Shown here: piece after piece, positions 1 through 9,293 of the stretch
Layout: each line of letters starts with the position of its first letter
Numbering within the stretch: position 1 is the first letter of the stretch
From: Actinomycetota bacterium
Lineage (GTDB): Bacteria; Actinomycetota; UBA4738; HRBIN12
Reading direction: 5' to 3'
Assembly: GCA_035535815.1 (NCBI GenBank)
Contig: DATLPI010000056.1
Span: forward strand, 1-62,803
Length of the DNA: 62,803 bases
Notes under the pieces: model-generated
Database searches by the model: none
The model's input: only the letters and a program-made list of their open reading frames with translations
What the model was told of the DNA's origin: nothing
Position numbers and translations under genes: made by a program

Positions 1-599
1 ACCCCGGGCTTCTGCTCCTTCAGATACCGGGCGGCCCCGCTGATGGTGCCGCCGGTCCCCACCGAGACCACCAGGACGTCGATCTCCCCGTCCGTCTGCT
101 CCCAGATCTCGGGCCCGGTGGTCTCGAGGTGGACCTTTGGGTTTTCCTGATTGAAGTACTGGTTGGGCTGGAAGGCACCGGGGATCTCCTCGGTGAGCCG
201 GTCGGCCACCCGGTAGTAACTCTCGGGCGAATCAGGAGCCACCGCCGTGGGCGTGATGATCACCTCGGCCCCGTAGGCGCGCAGCAGCGCGATCTTCTCC
301 TGACTCATCTTGTCGGGCATCACGAAGATGCACTTGTAGCCCCTGATCGCCGCGGCGATCGCGAGACCGTGCCCGGTGTTGCCGCTGGTGGGCTCCACGA
401 TCGTTCCGCCCGGCCTCAGCGTGCCTGCGCGCTCGGCGGCTTCGATCATGCGGATCCCGATCCGGTCCTTGACCGAACCGCCCGGATTCAGCATCTCGAC
501 CTTGGCCAGGACCGTGGCCTCCACGCCTCGGGTCACCGAATGGAGGCGGACGAGCGGCGTGTCGCCCATCGCGTCCAGGAACGTGTCGAGCACCTGCAT
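1..599 (-). CDS. PLP-dependent cysteine synthase / cystathionine beta-synthase family enzyme; first ~199 codons only, 3' end runs off the window
   Basis: Absent from the ORF track because it is open at the window edge. My reverse-strand translation from ATG 599-597 reads MQVLDTFLDAMGDTPLVRL..NPGGSVKDRIG..EPTSGNTGHGLA..SVGTGGTISGAARYLKEQKPG. This contains the SVKDR PLP-lysine and GTGGT-x-SG phosphate-loop signatures of the CysK/CysM/CBS family. Confidence 0.85.
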   Translation of the reverse strand, partial: MQVLDTFLDAMGDTPLVRLHSVTRGVEATVLAKVEMLNPGGSVKDRIGIRMIEAAERAGTLRPGGTIVEPTSGNTGHGLAIAAAIRGYKCIFVMPDKMSQEKIALLRAYGAEVIITPTAVAPDSPESYYRVADRLTEEIPGAFQPNQYFNQENPKVHLETTGPEIWEQTDGEIDVLVVSVGTGGTISGAARYLKEQKPG

Positions 600-751
600 C
601 GTGGACCGAGCCCCCTTCGCCGCATGCGGTCGGGGCCTATGGTGCCACGCCCGGACCGGTCCGTCCCGCCCGCCACCGCGTTCGGGGGCGTGCGGCAAAG
701 AACAGATCGCTACCCGGACACGCTTCACCTTCGGGACTAAAGTGCCGATTC

Positions 752-1801
752 GTGACCCAAGCGATTCGCGAGGGGACACGGGGGATACGTGACCGAGCAG
801 ATGGACCGAGCACAGGTGCGGGTGTGAGCGAGGCCGAAGGATTGAGCGTGGACCCGACCGCCGATGCCGGGGGTGGCGAGAGCCTCCTGGTGGTCGACGA
901 CGATCCGTTCATCGCGCGCCTGCTGGAGATCGAGTTGCGGGCCGCGGGCTACGACGTGCGCGTGGCCTCCGATGGATCGCTCGCGCTGAGCGCCGCCCAG
1001 GAGCGCTGTCCCGACCTCGTGCTCGCTGACGTGATGATGCCCAACATGGACGGGTTCGAACTCACCCGCCGCCTGCGTCAGGACCCCCGCACCGCGTCGG
1101 TCTCGATCATCATGCTGACGGCACGCGGCCTCTCAGCCGACAAGCTGGAAGGCTTCGCGATCGGCGCCGACGACTACATCGTCAAGCCCTTCGACACACC
1201 CGAGCTCCTGGCCCGGATCCGCGGCGTGCTCCGTCGATCGCGCGACATGCGCGCGCAGTCGCCCCTCACGGGCCTGCCCGGCAACGTCCGGATCGAAGAG
1301 GAGATCGATGGCCGGGTGGACCAGGGGATCCCGTTCGCGATCCTGTACGCCGACCTCGATCACTTCAAGGCGTTCAACGACCACTACGGGTTCATGCGCG
1401 GCGACCAGGTGATCCAGTCGAGCGCTCGCCTCTTCGAGGAGGTCTCGAGCGACGAGACCGGCGGGGCCGCGTTCGTGGGCCATGTCGGCGGCGACGACTT
1501 CGTGGTCGTGGTCGATCCCGGAAAGGCCGAGGCCGTGGCGCAGGCGATCGTGGAGCGGTTCGACCGAGAGGCCCCAGGCTTGTACGACCCCGACGACCGT
1601 GACCGGGGCTACATCGAGGTGACGAACCGTCGCGGTGAGCTGCAGCGCTTCCCCGTCCTAACGGTTTCGATCGGGGTCGCTTCCACCGACAAGCGGGCCT
1701 TCCAGCACTACGCCGAGGCGGTGGCCGTGGCGACCGAGATGAAGCAGTTCACGAAGGGTTCCACCGGCTCGTCCTGGGCGATGGACCGACGCACCGGCTA
1801 G
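752..1801 (+). CDS. Response-regulator receiver domain fused to a GGDEF-type domain with a GGDDF active-site variant
   Basis: 349-aa ORF. Receiver motifs are LLVVDDDP, DLVLADVMMPNMDGF, MLTARG and DYIVKPF. The GGDEF-like region reads LYADLDHFKAFNDHYGFMRGD..GHVGGDDFVVV, with GGDDF at 1487-1501. The start is uncertain (GTG 752 or in-frame GTG 824). Confidence 0.85.
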   Translation: MTQAIREGTRGIRDRADGPSTGAGVSEAEGLSVDPTADAGGGESLLVVDDDPFIARLLEIELRAAGYDVRVASDGSLALSAAQERCPDLVLADVMMPNMDGFELTRRLRQDPRTASVSIIMLTARGLSADKLEGFAIGADDYIVKPFDTPELLARIRGVLRRSRDMRAQSPLTGLPGNVRIEEEIDGRVDQGIPFAILYADLDHFKAFNDHYGFMRGDQVIQSSARLFEEVSSDETGGAAFVGHVGGDDFVVVVDPGKAEAVAQAIVERFDREAPGLYDPDDRDRGYIEVTNRRGELQRFPVLTVSIGVASTDKRAFQHYAEAVAVATEMKQFTKGSTGSSWAMDRRTG

Positions 1802-1830
1802 AAGGTGCGATGGACCGACGCACCGGCTAG
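1778..1830. repeat. Direct duplication of a 24-bp unit GCGATGGACCGACGCACCGGCTAG (1778-1801 and 1807-1830) separated by AAGGT
   Basis: Read directly. Copy 1 encodes the last residues and TAG stop of the GGDEF-type gene. The CTA of copy 2 is the reverse-strand TAG stop of the EAL gene. Confidence 0.95.
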
Positions 1831-3032
1831 TCCAGTGGAGCGGGTTCGGCCAGGTAGAAGCCCTGACCGAAGCGAACGCCCAAGGTCGCGAGCGTCTCGA
1901 GTTCCTCCACCGTTTCGATGCCCTCGGCCACCATCACGATGTCCATCTCCTCGGTGAACGAGATCAGGGCCGCCGCCAGGGCTCGCTTCGCGCGATCGGC
2001 GTCGATCCCCCGGGTGAGGCTCATGTCCATCTTCACGATGTCGGGGGTGATCTGCAGCGTGTGGCGCATGCTGGCGAACCCCGCGCCGGCATCGTCGATC
2101 GCGATGCGGGCGCCCATCTCGCGCAGGGGAGCGAGCGCCGTCACCAAGGCGACGTAGTCCTCGACGGCCTCGTGTTCGGTGATCTCCAGCACGACCCGGC
2201 CGGCGTCCGATCCCAGCAGGCGTGCCAGTTGGGAGGAGGTGGCCGCGTGGTGCGAGCAGTTCACCGCCAGGTAGGCGCCCTCGGGCACCCGGTCCAGCTC
2301 GCGCAGCGCCTGGGCGATCGTGGTCAGCTCCAGCTGCACGCCCAACGCCAGGTGGACGGCCTCGGCGAACCATTCGTTCGGTGGTCGCAACGGGAGCGAA
2401 CGGAACCGGGCCAACGCCTCGACCCCGACGGTGCTCCGGGTCGAGAGCTCGACGATGGGCTGGAACACCATGGACAGGCCCTCGCCCGCCACGAACCGCT
2501 CGATCTCGCCGCGCCGGGCATCGCGCTCCTCGCGAGCCGCTTCCTCACGTCGGAGCTGCTGGGTGAGCTCGTGCACGATGCCGGCGATCACCTCCGATGA
2601 CAGGCTGGCGCCCCCGGCCATGACCTTCTGGATCGAACCCAGGATCTCCTCCCCGGCGGTCCCCTTCACCAGGTAGCCAACGGCGCCGGCGCGCAGCATC
2701 TCCAGGACGGTGGGACGGTCCTCGAAGGCGGAGAGCGCGATCACCCGGGTGTCGGGAGACACGCGCATGATCTCCCGCGCCGCTCGCGGTCCGCCGCCGG
2801 CGGGCATCTTCACGTCGACCAGGGCCACGTCGGGATGCTCGTCCACGGCGAGCTGGATCGCTTCGTCGGCATCGCCTGCGCTGCCGATAAGCACCACCTC
2901 GTCGTCGTGGGCCAGGAGGTCGGCGAGGGCGACGCGCAGGGCGGGTTCATCGTCAGCGATGAGGACACGGATCGGGTCGGCGCCCAGGCTGCTGGCACCA
3001 CCCGGCGCGTAGGGGGAAGTTCCGACGGCCAT
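1827..3032 (-). CDS. Response-regulator receiver domain fused to an EAL c-di-GMP phosphodiesterase domain
   Basis: Receiver motifs are [10 protein letters not shown] and [13 protein letters not shown]-domain motifs are [33 protein letters not shown] and [16 protein letters not shown] trimmed the track ORF (start 3248) to ATG 3032 (MAVGTSPY), because the upstream extension runs into the hutU leader. Confidence 0.85.
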   Translation of the reverse strand: MAVGTSPYAPGGASSLGADPIRVLIADDEPALRVALADLLAHDDEVVLIGSAGDADEAIQLAVDEHPDVALVDVKMPAGGGPRAAREIMRVSPDTRVIALSAFEDRPTVLEMLRAGAVGYLVKGTAGEEILGSIQKVMAGGASLSSEVIAGIVHELTQQLRREEAAREERDARRGEIERFVAGEGLSMVFQPIVELSTRSTVGVEALARFRSLPLRPPNEWFAEAVHLALGVQLELTTIAQALRELDRVPEGAYLAVNCSHHAATSSQLARLLGSDAGRVVLEITEHEAVEDYVALVTALAPLREMGARIAIDDAGAGFASMRHTLQITPDIVKMDMSLTRGIDADRAKRALAAALISFTEEMDIVMVAEGIETVEELETLATLGVRFGQGFYLAEPAPLD

Positions 3033-3156
3033 CGGGGGGACGCTACCCGGCAGCAACCCCCTGCTCAAGCACATGAGCCGTTTCTCCACAGGCTCGTTCT
3101 CGAACCGCCTCTCGGGCGCTCGGCGGGTAGCATCGGCCGGACGGGGGAGGGGATCG

Positions 3157-4815
3157 ATGAGCCACCGCGACATCAGGGCACCGCGCGGCACCGAGCTGTC
3201 GTGCCGTTCGTGGCCGCAGGAAGCGGCGATGCGGATGCTCATGAACAACCTCGACCCCGAGGTGGCCGAGCGTCCCGAGGACCTGGTCGTCTACGGCGGC
3301 ACCGGACGCGCCGCCCGCAGCTGGGAGGCCTACGAGGCCATCGTTCGCACGCTGCGGACCCTGGGCGACGACGAGACCCTGTTGGTGCAATCGGGCAAGC
3401 CGGTCGCGGTGTTCCGCACGCACGACCTCGCCCCGAGGGTCCTGATCTCCAACTCCATGCTGGTCCCGAAGTGGGCCGACTGGGAGACGTTCCGCGCGCT
3501 GGAGGCGCAGGGCCTCACGATGTACGGGCAGATGACCGCGGGCTCGTGGATCTACATCGGCACCCAGGGCATCCTGCAGGGCACGTACGAAACCCTCGCC
3601 GAATGCGCGCACCAGCACTTCGGTGGTTCGCTCGCCGGCACGATCACGTTGACCGGCGGGCTCGGCGGCATGGGCGGGGCGCAGCCACTGGCGGTGACGA
3701 TGAACGGGGGCGTGGCGCTCTGCGTCGACGTCGATCCCGCGCGGATCGAGCGACGGATCCAGACGCGCTACCTCGACCGCATGACCGCCGATCTGGACGA
3801 GGCCGTGACCTGGGCCGAAGCGGCGAAGGCCTCACGCGAAGCGGTCTCGATCGGGGTGGTCGGCAACACCGCCGAGGTCTTCCCCGCGTTGCTCGGACGA
3901 GGGTTCGGCGCCGACGTCGTCACCGACCAGACCAGCGCACACGACCCGCTCGGCGGCTACGTGCCCGAGGGGTTGTCGTTGCCCGAGGCCGATGCGCTCC
4001 GACGCGAGCCCGATGACTACGTCCATCGCTCCTACGAGTCGATGGCCCACCAGGTGGACGCCATGGTGGGTTTCGCCGAGGCGGGCTCCGTGGTCTTCGA
4101 CTACGGCAACAACCTGCGGGCCGGGGCGGTGGAAGGTGGGCTCGACCGCGACCGGGCGTATTCGTTCCCGGGGTTCGTGCCGGCCTTCGTGCGACCGCTC
4201 TTCTGCGAAGGCAAGGGTCCGTTCCGTTGGGCGGCACTCAGCGGCGATCCGGCCGACATCGCGGCGACCGACCGTGCGGTGGCCGAACTCTTCCCGGACA
4301 ACGACCGCCTGCACCGTTGGCTCCGGATGGCCGCCGAGCGGGTCGCCTTCCAAGGGCTGCCCGCACGGATCTGTTGGCTCGGCTACGGTGAGCGGGATCG
4401 TGCCGGGGAACGCTTCAACGAGATGGTGGCCTCGGGCGAAGTGTCGGCGCCGATCGTGATCGGGCGCGATCATCTGGACGCCGGCAGCGTCGCCAGCCCC
4501 AACCGCGAGACCGAGGCGATGCTGGACGGGTCCGATGCGATCGCCGACTGGCCGATCCTCAACGCCTTGATCAACACGGCCGCGGGTGCGCACTGGGTGA
4601 GCGTGCACCACGGGGGTGGCGTGGGGATCGGGTACTCGATCCACGCGGGCATGGTGGTGGTGGCCGACGGCACCGCGAACGCCGGTGAGCGACTCGCACG
4701 GGTGCTGCGATCCGACCCCGGCATGGGTGTGGTTCGCCACGTCGACGCCGGGTACGACCGCGCGATCGACGTCGCGCACGAGCGAGGCGTCCGCGTGCCC
4801 ATGGAGGAGTCATGA
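3157..4815 (+). CDS. hutU: Urocanate hydratase
   Basis: The N-terminus [48 protein letters not shown] is the typical urocanase N-terminus, and the length is ~552 aa. A GGGGGAGGGG purine-rich tract lies just upstream of ATG 3157. Trimmed from track start 3073. Confidence 0.95.
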   Translation: MSHRDIRAPRGTELSCRSWPQEAAMRMLMNNLDPEVAERPEDLVVYGGTGRAARSWEAYEAIVRTLRTLGDDETLLVQSGKPVAVFRTHDLAPRVLISNSMLVPKWADWETFRALEAQGLTMYGQMTAGSWIYIGTQGILQGTYETLAECAHQHFGGSLAGTITLTGGLGGMGGAQPLAVTMNGGVALCVDVDPARIERRIQTRYLDRMTADLDEAVTWAEAAKASREAVSIGVVGNTAEVFPALLGRGFGADVVTDQTSAHDPLGGYVPEGLSLPEADALRREPDDYVHRSYESMAHQVDAMVGFAEAGSVVFDYGNNLRAGAVEGGLDRDRAYSFPGFVPAFVRPLFCEGKGPFRWAALSGDPADIAATDRAVAELFPDNDRLHRWLRMAAERVAFQGLPARICWLGYGERDRAGERFNEMVASGEVSAPIVIGRDHLDAGSVASPNRETEAMLDGSDAIADWPILNALINTAAGAHWVSVHHGGGVGIGYSIHAGMVVVADGTANAGERLARVLRSDPGMGVVRHVDAGYDRAIDVAHERGVRVPMEES

Positions 4816-5516
4816 CCGAACGCCACATCGTCGCGATGGGTGGAGGGCAGTGGCCCTCGGACCCGATCTATCCGTTCCTGTTCGCGCTGGCCGGCGCGGC
4901 CAAACCCAAGGTGCTCTACGTCCCCACGGCCACCGGTGACAACGATCGCGGCGTTGCGATGTTCTACCGCTCCTTCCCCGCGCATTCGTTCGAGCCGAGC
5001 GATCTCGGGCTGTTCGCGCGAACCGTCGAGGACCTGCGCTCGTTCGTGCTGGACCAGGATGTGATCCTTGTGGCGGGCGGCAACACGCTGAACATGCTGG
5101 CGATCTGGCGCGGCCACGGCCTCGACACGATCCTCCGCGAGGCCTGGGAAGCGGGAGTGATCATGGCTGGAGGCAGCGCCGGGGCCAACTGCTGGTTCGA
5201 GGCCAGCACCACCGACTCCTACCTGATCGGCAACGCCGATCCGCTGCCCGACGGTTTGGGCCTGGTGGCGGGGAGCTTCTGCCCGCACTACGACAGCGAG
5301 CCCTCGCGCCAGCCCGCCTACCGGGCGCTGGTCGCCGACGGCACCCTGCCCCCGGGGATCGCGTGTGACGACCTCGCGGCCGCGCACATGGTCGGGGCGG
5401 ATCTCGCCGAGGTCGTGGTCTCGGCCGAAGGGTCCGGCGCCAGACGCGTCGAGCCCGATGGCAGCGGCGGCGCATCGGAGACCACGTTGCCGGCCCGGCT
5501 CCTGGAGGGGCCATGA
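4812..5516 (+). CDS. Peptidase family S51 (dipeptidase E / cyanophycinase-like) protein
   Basis: 234 aa with [18 protein letters not shown] and the nucleophile motif [13 protein letters not shown] start/stop overlaps link it to hutU (4812-4815) and hutH (5513-5516). Confidence 0.75.
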   Translation: MTERHIVAMGGGQWPSDPIYPFLFALAGAAKPKVLYVPTATGDNDRGVAMFYRSFPAHSFEPSDLGLFARTVEDLRSFVLDQDVILVAGGNTLNMLAIWRGHGLDTILREAWEAGVIMAGGSAGANCWFEASTTDSYLIGNADPLPDGLGLVAGSFCPHYDSEPSRQPAYRALVADGTLPPGIACDDLAAAHMVGADLAEVVVSAEGSGARRVEPDGSGGASETTLPARLLEGP

Positions 5517-7057
5517 CCGTCGAGATCGGCGCCGGGCTGTCGCTCGCCGACGTGGTGGCGGTCGCCGACGGTGCTCCGGTGGCGTTCCCCGAACTGGCTC
5601 GGGCGTCGGTGGCGGCCGCTCGTGCCGTGGTGGAACGGGCGGTCTCGACCGGGGACGTGATCTACGGCGTCACCACCGGGTTCGGTGCGCTGGCCGATAC
5701 GCGCATCGACGCCGAGCAAGCCGCCGAACTCCAGCACGGCATCATCCGTTCGCATGCCACCGCGGTCGGCGAGCCGCTGTCCCGTGAGGAGGCGCGGGCG
5801 ATGCTGCTGCTCCGCGCCCACGTCCTGGCGCTCGGTCATTCGGGCGTCCGGGCAGAGGTGATCGACCTGATGGTCCGGATGCTCAACGAGGACGTGATCC
5901 CGGCGGTGCCCCAGCAGGGGTCGCTCGGTGCTTCCGGAGATCTCGCGCCGCTCGCCAACCTCGCCTTGCCGCTGATCGGCCACGGGTCGGTGCTCAGTCC
6001 CGAAGGCGGCGTGGAACCGGCCGCGCCGGCGTTCGTGCGGGCCGGTTTGGCACCGTTGTCCCTCGAGGCCAAGGAAGGGCTGGCACTGGTCAACGGCACG
6101 CAGGGCATGCTCGCGATCGGGATCCTCACGTGCCACCGTGCCGAGCGGCTTGCTCGGACGGCCGACGTCGTGGCGGCCATGACGATCGAAGCCGCGCTCG
6201 GCACCGACGCGCCGTTCGACGAACGGCTCCAGCGGCTGCGACCGCACCCGGGCCAGAACGCGAGCGCCTCCAACCTGCGCCGGTTGCTGGCCGGCTCGCC
6301 GATCCTGGCCTCACACCGGGACTCCCACCACATGGTGCAGGACGCCTACTCCCTGCGGTGCGCGCCACAGGTGCACGGCGCCACCCGGGACGCTTTGGCC
6401 TACGCCACCGCGGTGCTCCGCATCGAGGCGGGCAGCGTCAGCGACAACCCGATCGTCCTCCCGGGCCAGGGCGAGGACGACGACGAGATCCGCGCGGGCG
6501 GCAACTTCCACGGCCAGCCGGTGGCCGTGGCGATGGACACCGTCGCCACCGCCCTCGTCTCGCTCGCCTCGATCAGCGAACGCCGCCTCTACCGACTCCT
6601 CGATCCCAAGCAGAACAACGACCTGCCCGCGTTCCTGGTGCACGGCAGCGGCCTGAACTCCGGCTTCATGCTGGTGCAGTACACGGCGGCCTCGTTGGTG
6701 AGCGAGTCGAAGTCGCTGGCGCACCCCGCGTCGGTGGATTCGATCCCCTCGAGCGCCGGCCAGGAGGATCACGTCAGCATGGGGATGACCTCGGCCCGGC
6801 ATGCGCGCGACGTGGTGACGAACGCCGAGACGGTGATCGCGCTGGAAGCGCTGGCCGCGACGCAGGCGCTGGATCTGCGGGCCCCACTGGAGCCGGGCTC
6901 GGCCACCCGTGCGGTGCACGACGTGATCCGGACCCGCGTGCCGTTCTTCGCGGCCGACCGTGAGTTCGGCCCCGACATCGCCGACGCCATCTCCCTGGTG
7001 CGCGAGGGGGCGTTGGTGGCCGCCGCCGAGTCGGCGGTGGGCTCGGCGCTCGACTAG
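5513..7057 (+). CDS. hutH: Histidine ammonia-lyase
   Basis: 514 aa. The MIO-forming motif GSLGASGDLAPLA is present, along with GVTTGFG, NGTQGM and QEDHVSMG. Confidence 0.95.
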   Translation: MTVEIGAGLSLADVVAVADGAPVAFPELARASVAAARAVVERAVSTGDVIYGVTTGFGALADTRIDAEQAAELQHGIIRSHATAVGEPLSREEARAMLLLRAHVLALGHSGVRAEVIDLMVRMLNEDVIPAVPQQGSLGASGDLAPLANLALPLIGHGSVLSPEGGVEPAAPAFVRAGLAPLSLEAKEGLALVNGTQGMLAIGILTCHRAERLARTADVVAAMTIEAALGTDAPFDERLQRLRPHPGQNASASNLRRLLAGSPILASHRDSHHMVQDAYSLRCAPQVHGATRDALAYATAVLRIEAGSVSDNPIVLPGQGEDDDEIRAGGNFHGQPVAVAMDTVATALVSLASISERRLYRLLDPKQNNDLPAFLVHGSGLNSGFMLVQYTAASLVSESKSLAHPASVDSIPSSAGQEDHVSMGMTSARHARDVVTNAETVIALEALAATQALDLRAPLEPGSATRAVHDVIRTRVPFFAADREFGPDIADAISLVREGALVAAAESAVGSALD

Positions 7058-7072
7058 TCCATGCTGGACTAG
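7054..7072. repeat. Inverted repeat CTAGTCCA-tgc-TGGACTAG between convergent hutH and hutI; possible bidirectional terminator hairpin
   Basis: The 8-bp arms are read directly. The left arm contains the hutH TAG (7055-7057) and the right arm contains the hutI stop (7069-7071). No U-tract is present, so terminator function is only inferred. Confidence 0.3.
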
Positions 7073-8304
7073 CTGACGAGATCCCAAACAAGCTCACCGG
7101 CGACGAACGTCGCCAGCACGGGATCGTGGCCCGGCCGATACGGCACACCGGCGAACGTGGGCGTGTCGAGCAGCAGGAAGTCCGCGCGCTTGCCGGGTTC
7201 GAGCGTGCCCAGCCGGTCGCCGAGGCCAAGCACCCACGCGGGGTTCGCGGTAGCGGCCGTCAGCGCCTGCAGGGGTTCGAACCCGTAGAGCGTGCACGCC
7301 ATGGCGATCGCCTCGGGCATCGAGCACACCGGCGAGGTGCCCGGGTTGAAGTCCGTGGCGATCGCCGGCGCCGCCCCTGCCGCCAGGAGCGCCGCCGCCG
7401 GTGGCGCCCCGGCACGAAGGAAGAACGTCGACGCGGGCAACAGGACGGTGGCCGTCGACGGCGCCGATCCCAGCGCCGCCACCGCGGCCTCGTCAGCGTG
7501 GTTCAGGTGATCGGCGCTGCGAGCGCCCAGTGCGACGGCGGCCGCAGCGGCGCCCGTGGCACCCAGTTGATCGGCGTGTACACGCAGAGGGAGCCCCGCG
7601 ATCCTCGCGGCCGCCGCGACCGCTTCGAGATCCTGGAGGGAGAACGCGATCGATTCGACGTAGATGTCGACTGCGTCGGCGAGACCCTCGGCGGCCGCCG
7701 CCGGGATCAACTCCTCACAGGCCAGGCGCACCCAGTCGGTTCGCTGCATCCCCGGCGGCACCGCGTGACAGGCGAGCAGCGTTACCGTGCACGTCTGGGC
7801 GGCCACCTCGTCGGCCAGGCGCCGGGCGAGGCGCGCTTGTCGCAGCTCGGCCTCGACCGAGAGGCCGTATCCCGTCTTGAGCTCGAGTGCGGTGGTGCCG
7901 TGGGCGAGCATCTCGGCCACGAGCGGCCGGCAGAACTCGAGCACCTCGTCGTCGCTCGCCGCCGCGAGCTGACGGCTCGAGCGGAAGATCCCGCCGTCCT
8001 CACCGTGCAGCTCGGCGTAGCTCACGCCGCGCAGCCGGGCCTCGAACTCGTCCGCGCGCCATCCCGCGAACGGCAGGTGCGCGTGGCAATCCACGAAGCC
8101 CGGCACCAGGCAGCCTCGGTCCGTCCGGCCGATCGTGGGCGCGGATCCGAGGCCCTCGGCGGGACCCGCGTAGGTGATGATGCCGTCGTCGTCCCACGAG
8201 ATCGCGCCCGGCGCGGTGACCTCGGCGCTCAGCCCGGGCCCGCGCACGGGCAGGGATCCGGTGGCCGTGGCCATGCTCGCCGCGATCGCCGCCCCCCGCG
8301 TCAT
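7069..8304 (-). CDS. hutI: Imidazolonepropionase
   Basis: 411 aa amidohydrolase-fold protein with GFVDCHAHLPFAG, ELKTGYGL, SADHLNH and ATDFNPGTSP. It is convergent with hutH. Confidence 0.9.
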   Translation of the reverse strand: MTRGAAIAASMATATGSLPVRGPGLSAEVTAPGAISWDDDGIITYAGPAEGLGSAPTIGRTDRGCLVPGFVDCHAHLPFAGWRADEFEARLRGVSYAELHGEDGGIFRSSRQLAAASDDEVLEFCRPLVAEMLAHGTTALELKTGYGLSVEAELRQARLARRLADEVAAQTCTVTLLACHAVPPGMQRTDWVRLACEELIPAAAAEGLADAVDIYVESIAFSLQDLEAVAAAARIAGLPLRVHADQLGATGAAAAAVALGARSADHLNHADEAAVAALGSAPSTATVLLPASTFFLRAGAPPAAALLAAGAAPAIATDFNPGTSPVCSMPEAIAMACTLYGFEPLQALTAATANPAWVLGLGDRLGTLEPGKRADFLLLDTPTFAGVPYRPGHDPVLATFVAGELVWDLVS

Positions 8305-8368
8305 GGCGCGAAGCCTAGCGGCATCCCTCGGCCAGGGACCCTGCCGGCTCCCTGCCTACACTCGCGGG

Positions 8369-8821
8369 ATGCAGGTGGAACGCACGGTCGTGCTCCCCAC
8401 GACGCCCGCCGACGCGTGGAGCGTCCTGATGGACTGGGAGCGCCAGGCCGATTGGATGCTCGACGCAGACTCCGTGACCGTGCTGTCCGACCGGCGCGAA
8501 GGGATCGGCGTCCGCCTGGCGGTGCGGACCCGGTTGTTGGGCGTGCCGGCCTTCGTCGAGCCGATGGAGGTTACCGATTGGGATCCGCCCCGCCGACTCG
8601 AGATCCGGCACGGGAGTCTGGTCTCGGGGGCGGGCACGTGGACGCTGGAACGGGTCGAGGGCGGGACCCTGTTCACCTGGCGCGAGGACATCGAATTGGC
8701 GGTGCCGTTGGTGGGCGGCCTCGCGGCCCGGTGCTATCGCCCGGTGATGCGGGCGCTGATGGGCCGGGCCATGGAAGGGCTGCGCCGACACGTGATCGCA
8801 GTTGGTCCCGCCCGGATCTGA
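8369..8821 (+). CDS. SRPBCC (START/polyketide-cyclase-like) ligand-binding family protein
   Basis: ~150 aa, MQVERTVVLPTTPADAWSVLMDWERQADWM..GTWTLERVEGGTLFTWRE, matching the typical SRPBCC pattern. Trimmed from track start 8174, which overlaps the hutI 5' end. Confidence 0.65.
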   Translation: MQVERTVVLPTTPADAWSVLMDWERQADWMLDADSVTVLSDRREGIGVRLAVRTRLLGVPAFVEPMEVTDWDPPRRLEIRHGSLVSGAGTWTLERVEGGTLFTWREDIELAVPLVGGLAARCYRPVMRALMGRAMEGLRRHVIAVGPARI

Positions 8822-8836
8822 TCCACCGCGGGTGGA
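8822..8836. repeat. Short inverted repeat TCCACC-gcg-GGTGGA between convergent genes
   Basis: Read directly. It has a 6-bp stem and a 3-nt loop and lies in the 24-nt gap between the two stop codons. Function unknown. Confidence 0.2.
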
Positions 8837-8845
8837 CGTCGGAGC

Positions 8846-9175
8846 CTAGATGCCGGGTGCCGGGGGCGGCGCCAGCGTCAGCATCACGACCGTCGGCTCC
8901 TCCGAGGCGTTGCGCAACGTGAGCTCGGTGCCGGCGGGCACGACGATCGTCTCCCACTGCCCCATGCGGGCCCGCCCCTGGCCGGCCTGGGCTGCCACGG
9001 CACCAGCCAGGACCGTGACCTGCGCATCGGAGGTGGGATCGCTGAGCGGGCCGATGCCCTGGTTGTTCTGGAGGCAGATCACCTGGGACCACAGGTGATC
9101 GGTTTCGAAGAGGGTCTCGGTGCGGGCCTCGTCCTCGCTGAACCACACCAGGTCGCGGATGTCCTTGGTCTTCAT
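8846..9175 (-). CDS. Small cupin-fold protein
   Basis: 109 aa from ATG 9175 (MKTKDIRDLVWF..). The beta-rich pattern VTVLAGAVAAQ..GQWETIVVPAGTELTLRN resembles a single cupin barrel. Function unknown. Confidence 0.5.
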   Translation of the reverse strand: MKTKDIRDLVWFSEDEARTETLFETDHLWSQVICLQNNQGIGPLSDPTSDAQVTVLAGAVAAQAGQGRARMGQWETIVVPAGTELTLRNASEEPTVVMLTLAPPPAPGI

Positions 9176-9293
9176 CGGGACCCAGCCTACCGGTGGGGCC
9201 ACCCTTCGCGGTGGGTTGCCGCCCAGGGGCGTCGGACGATGTGCCGGCGCACTACACTCGCTCTTCGCCATCGAATCGAAGGAGCGCCGATCC

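Noticed and set aside
600-751. Possible SAM or other riboswitch in the ~150-nt leader upstream of the cysteine-synthase-family gene.
   Set aside because: I could not match the reverse-strand leader to the conserved cores of the SAM-I, SAM-IV or other riboswitches I know. A covariance-model scan (Rfam/Infernal) would be needed. No claim is made.
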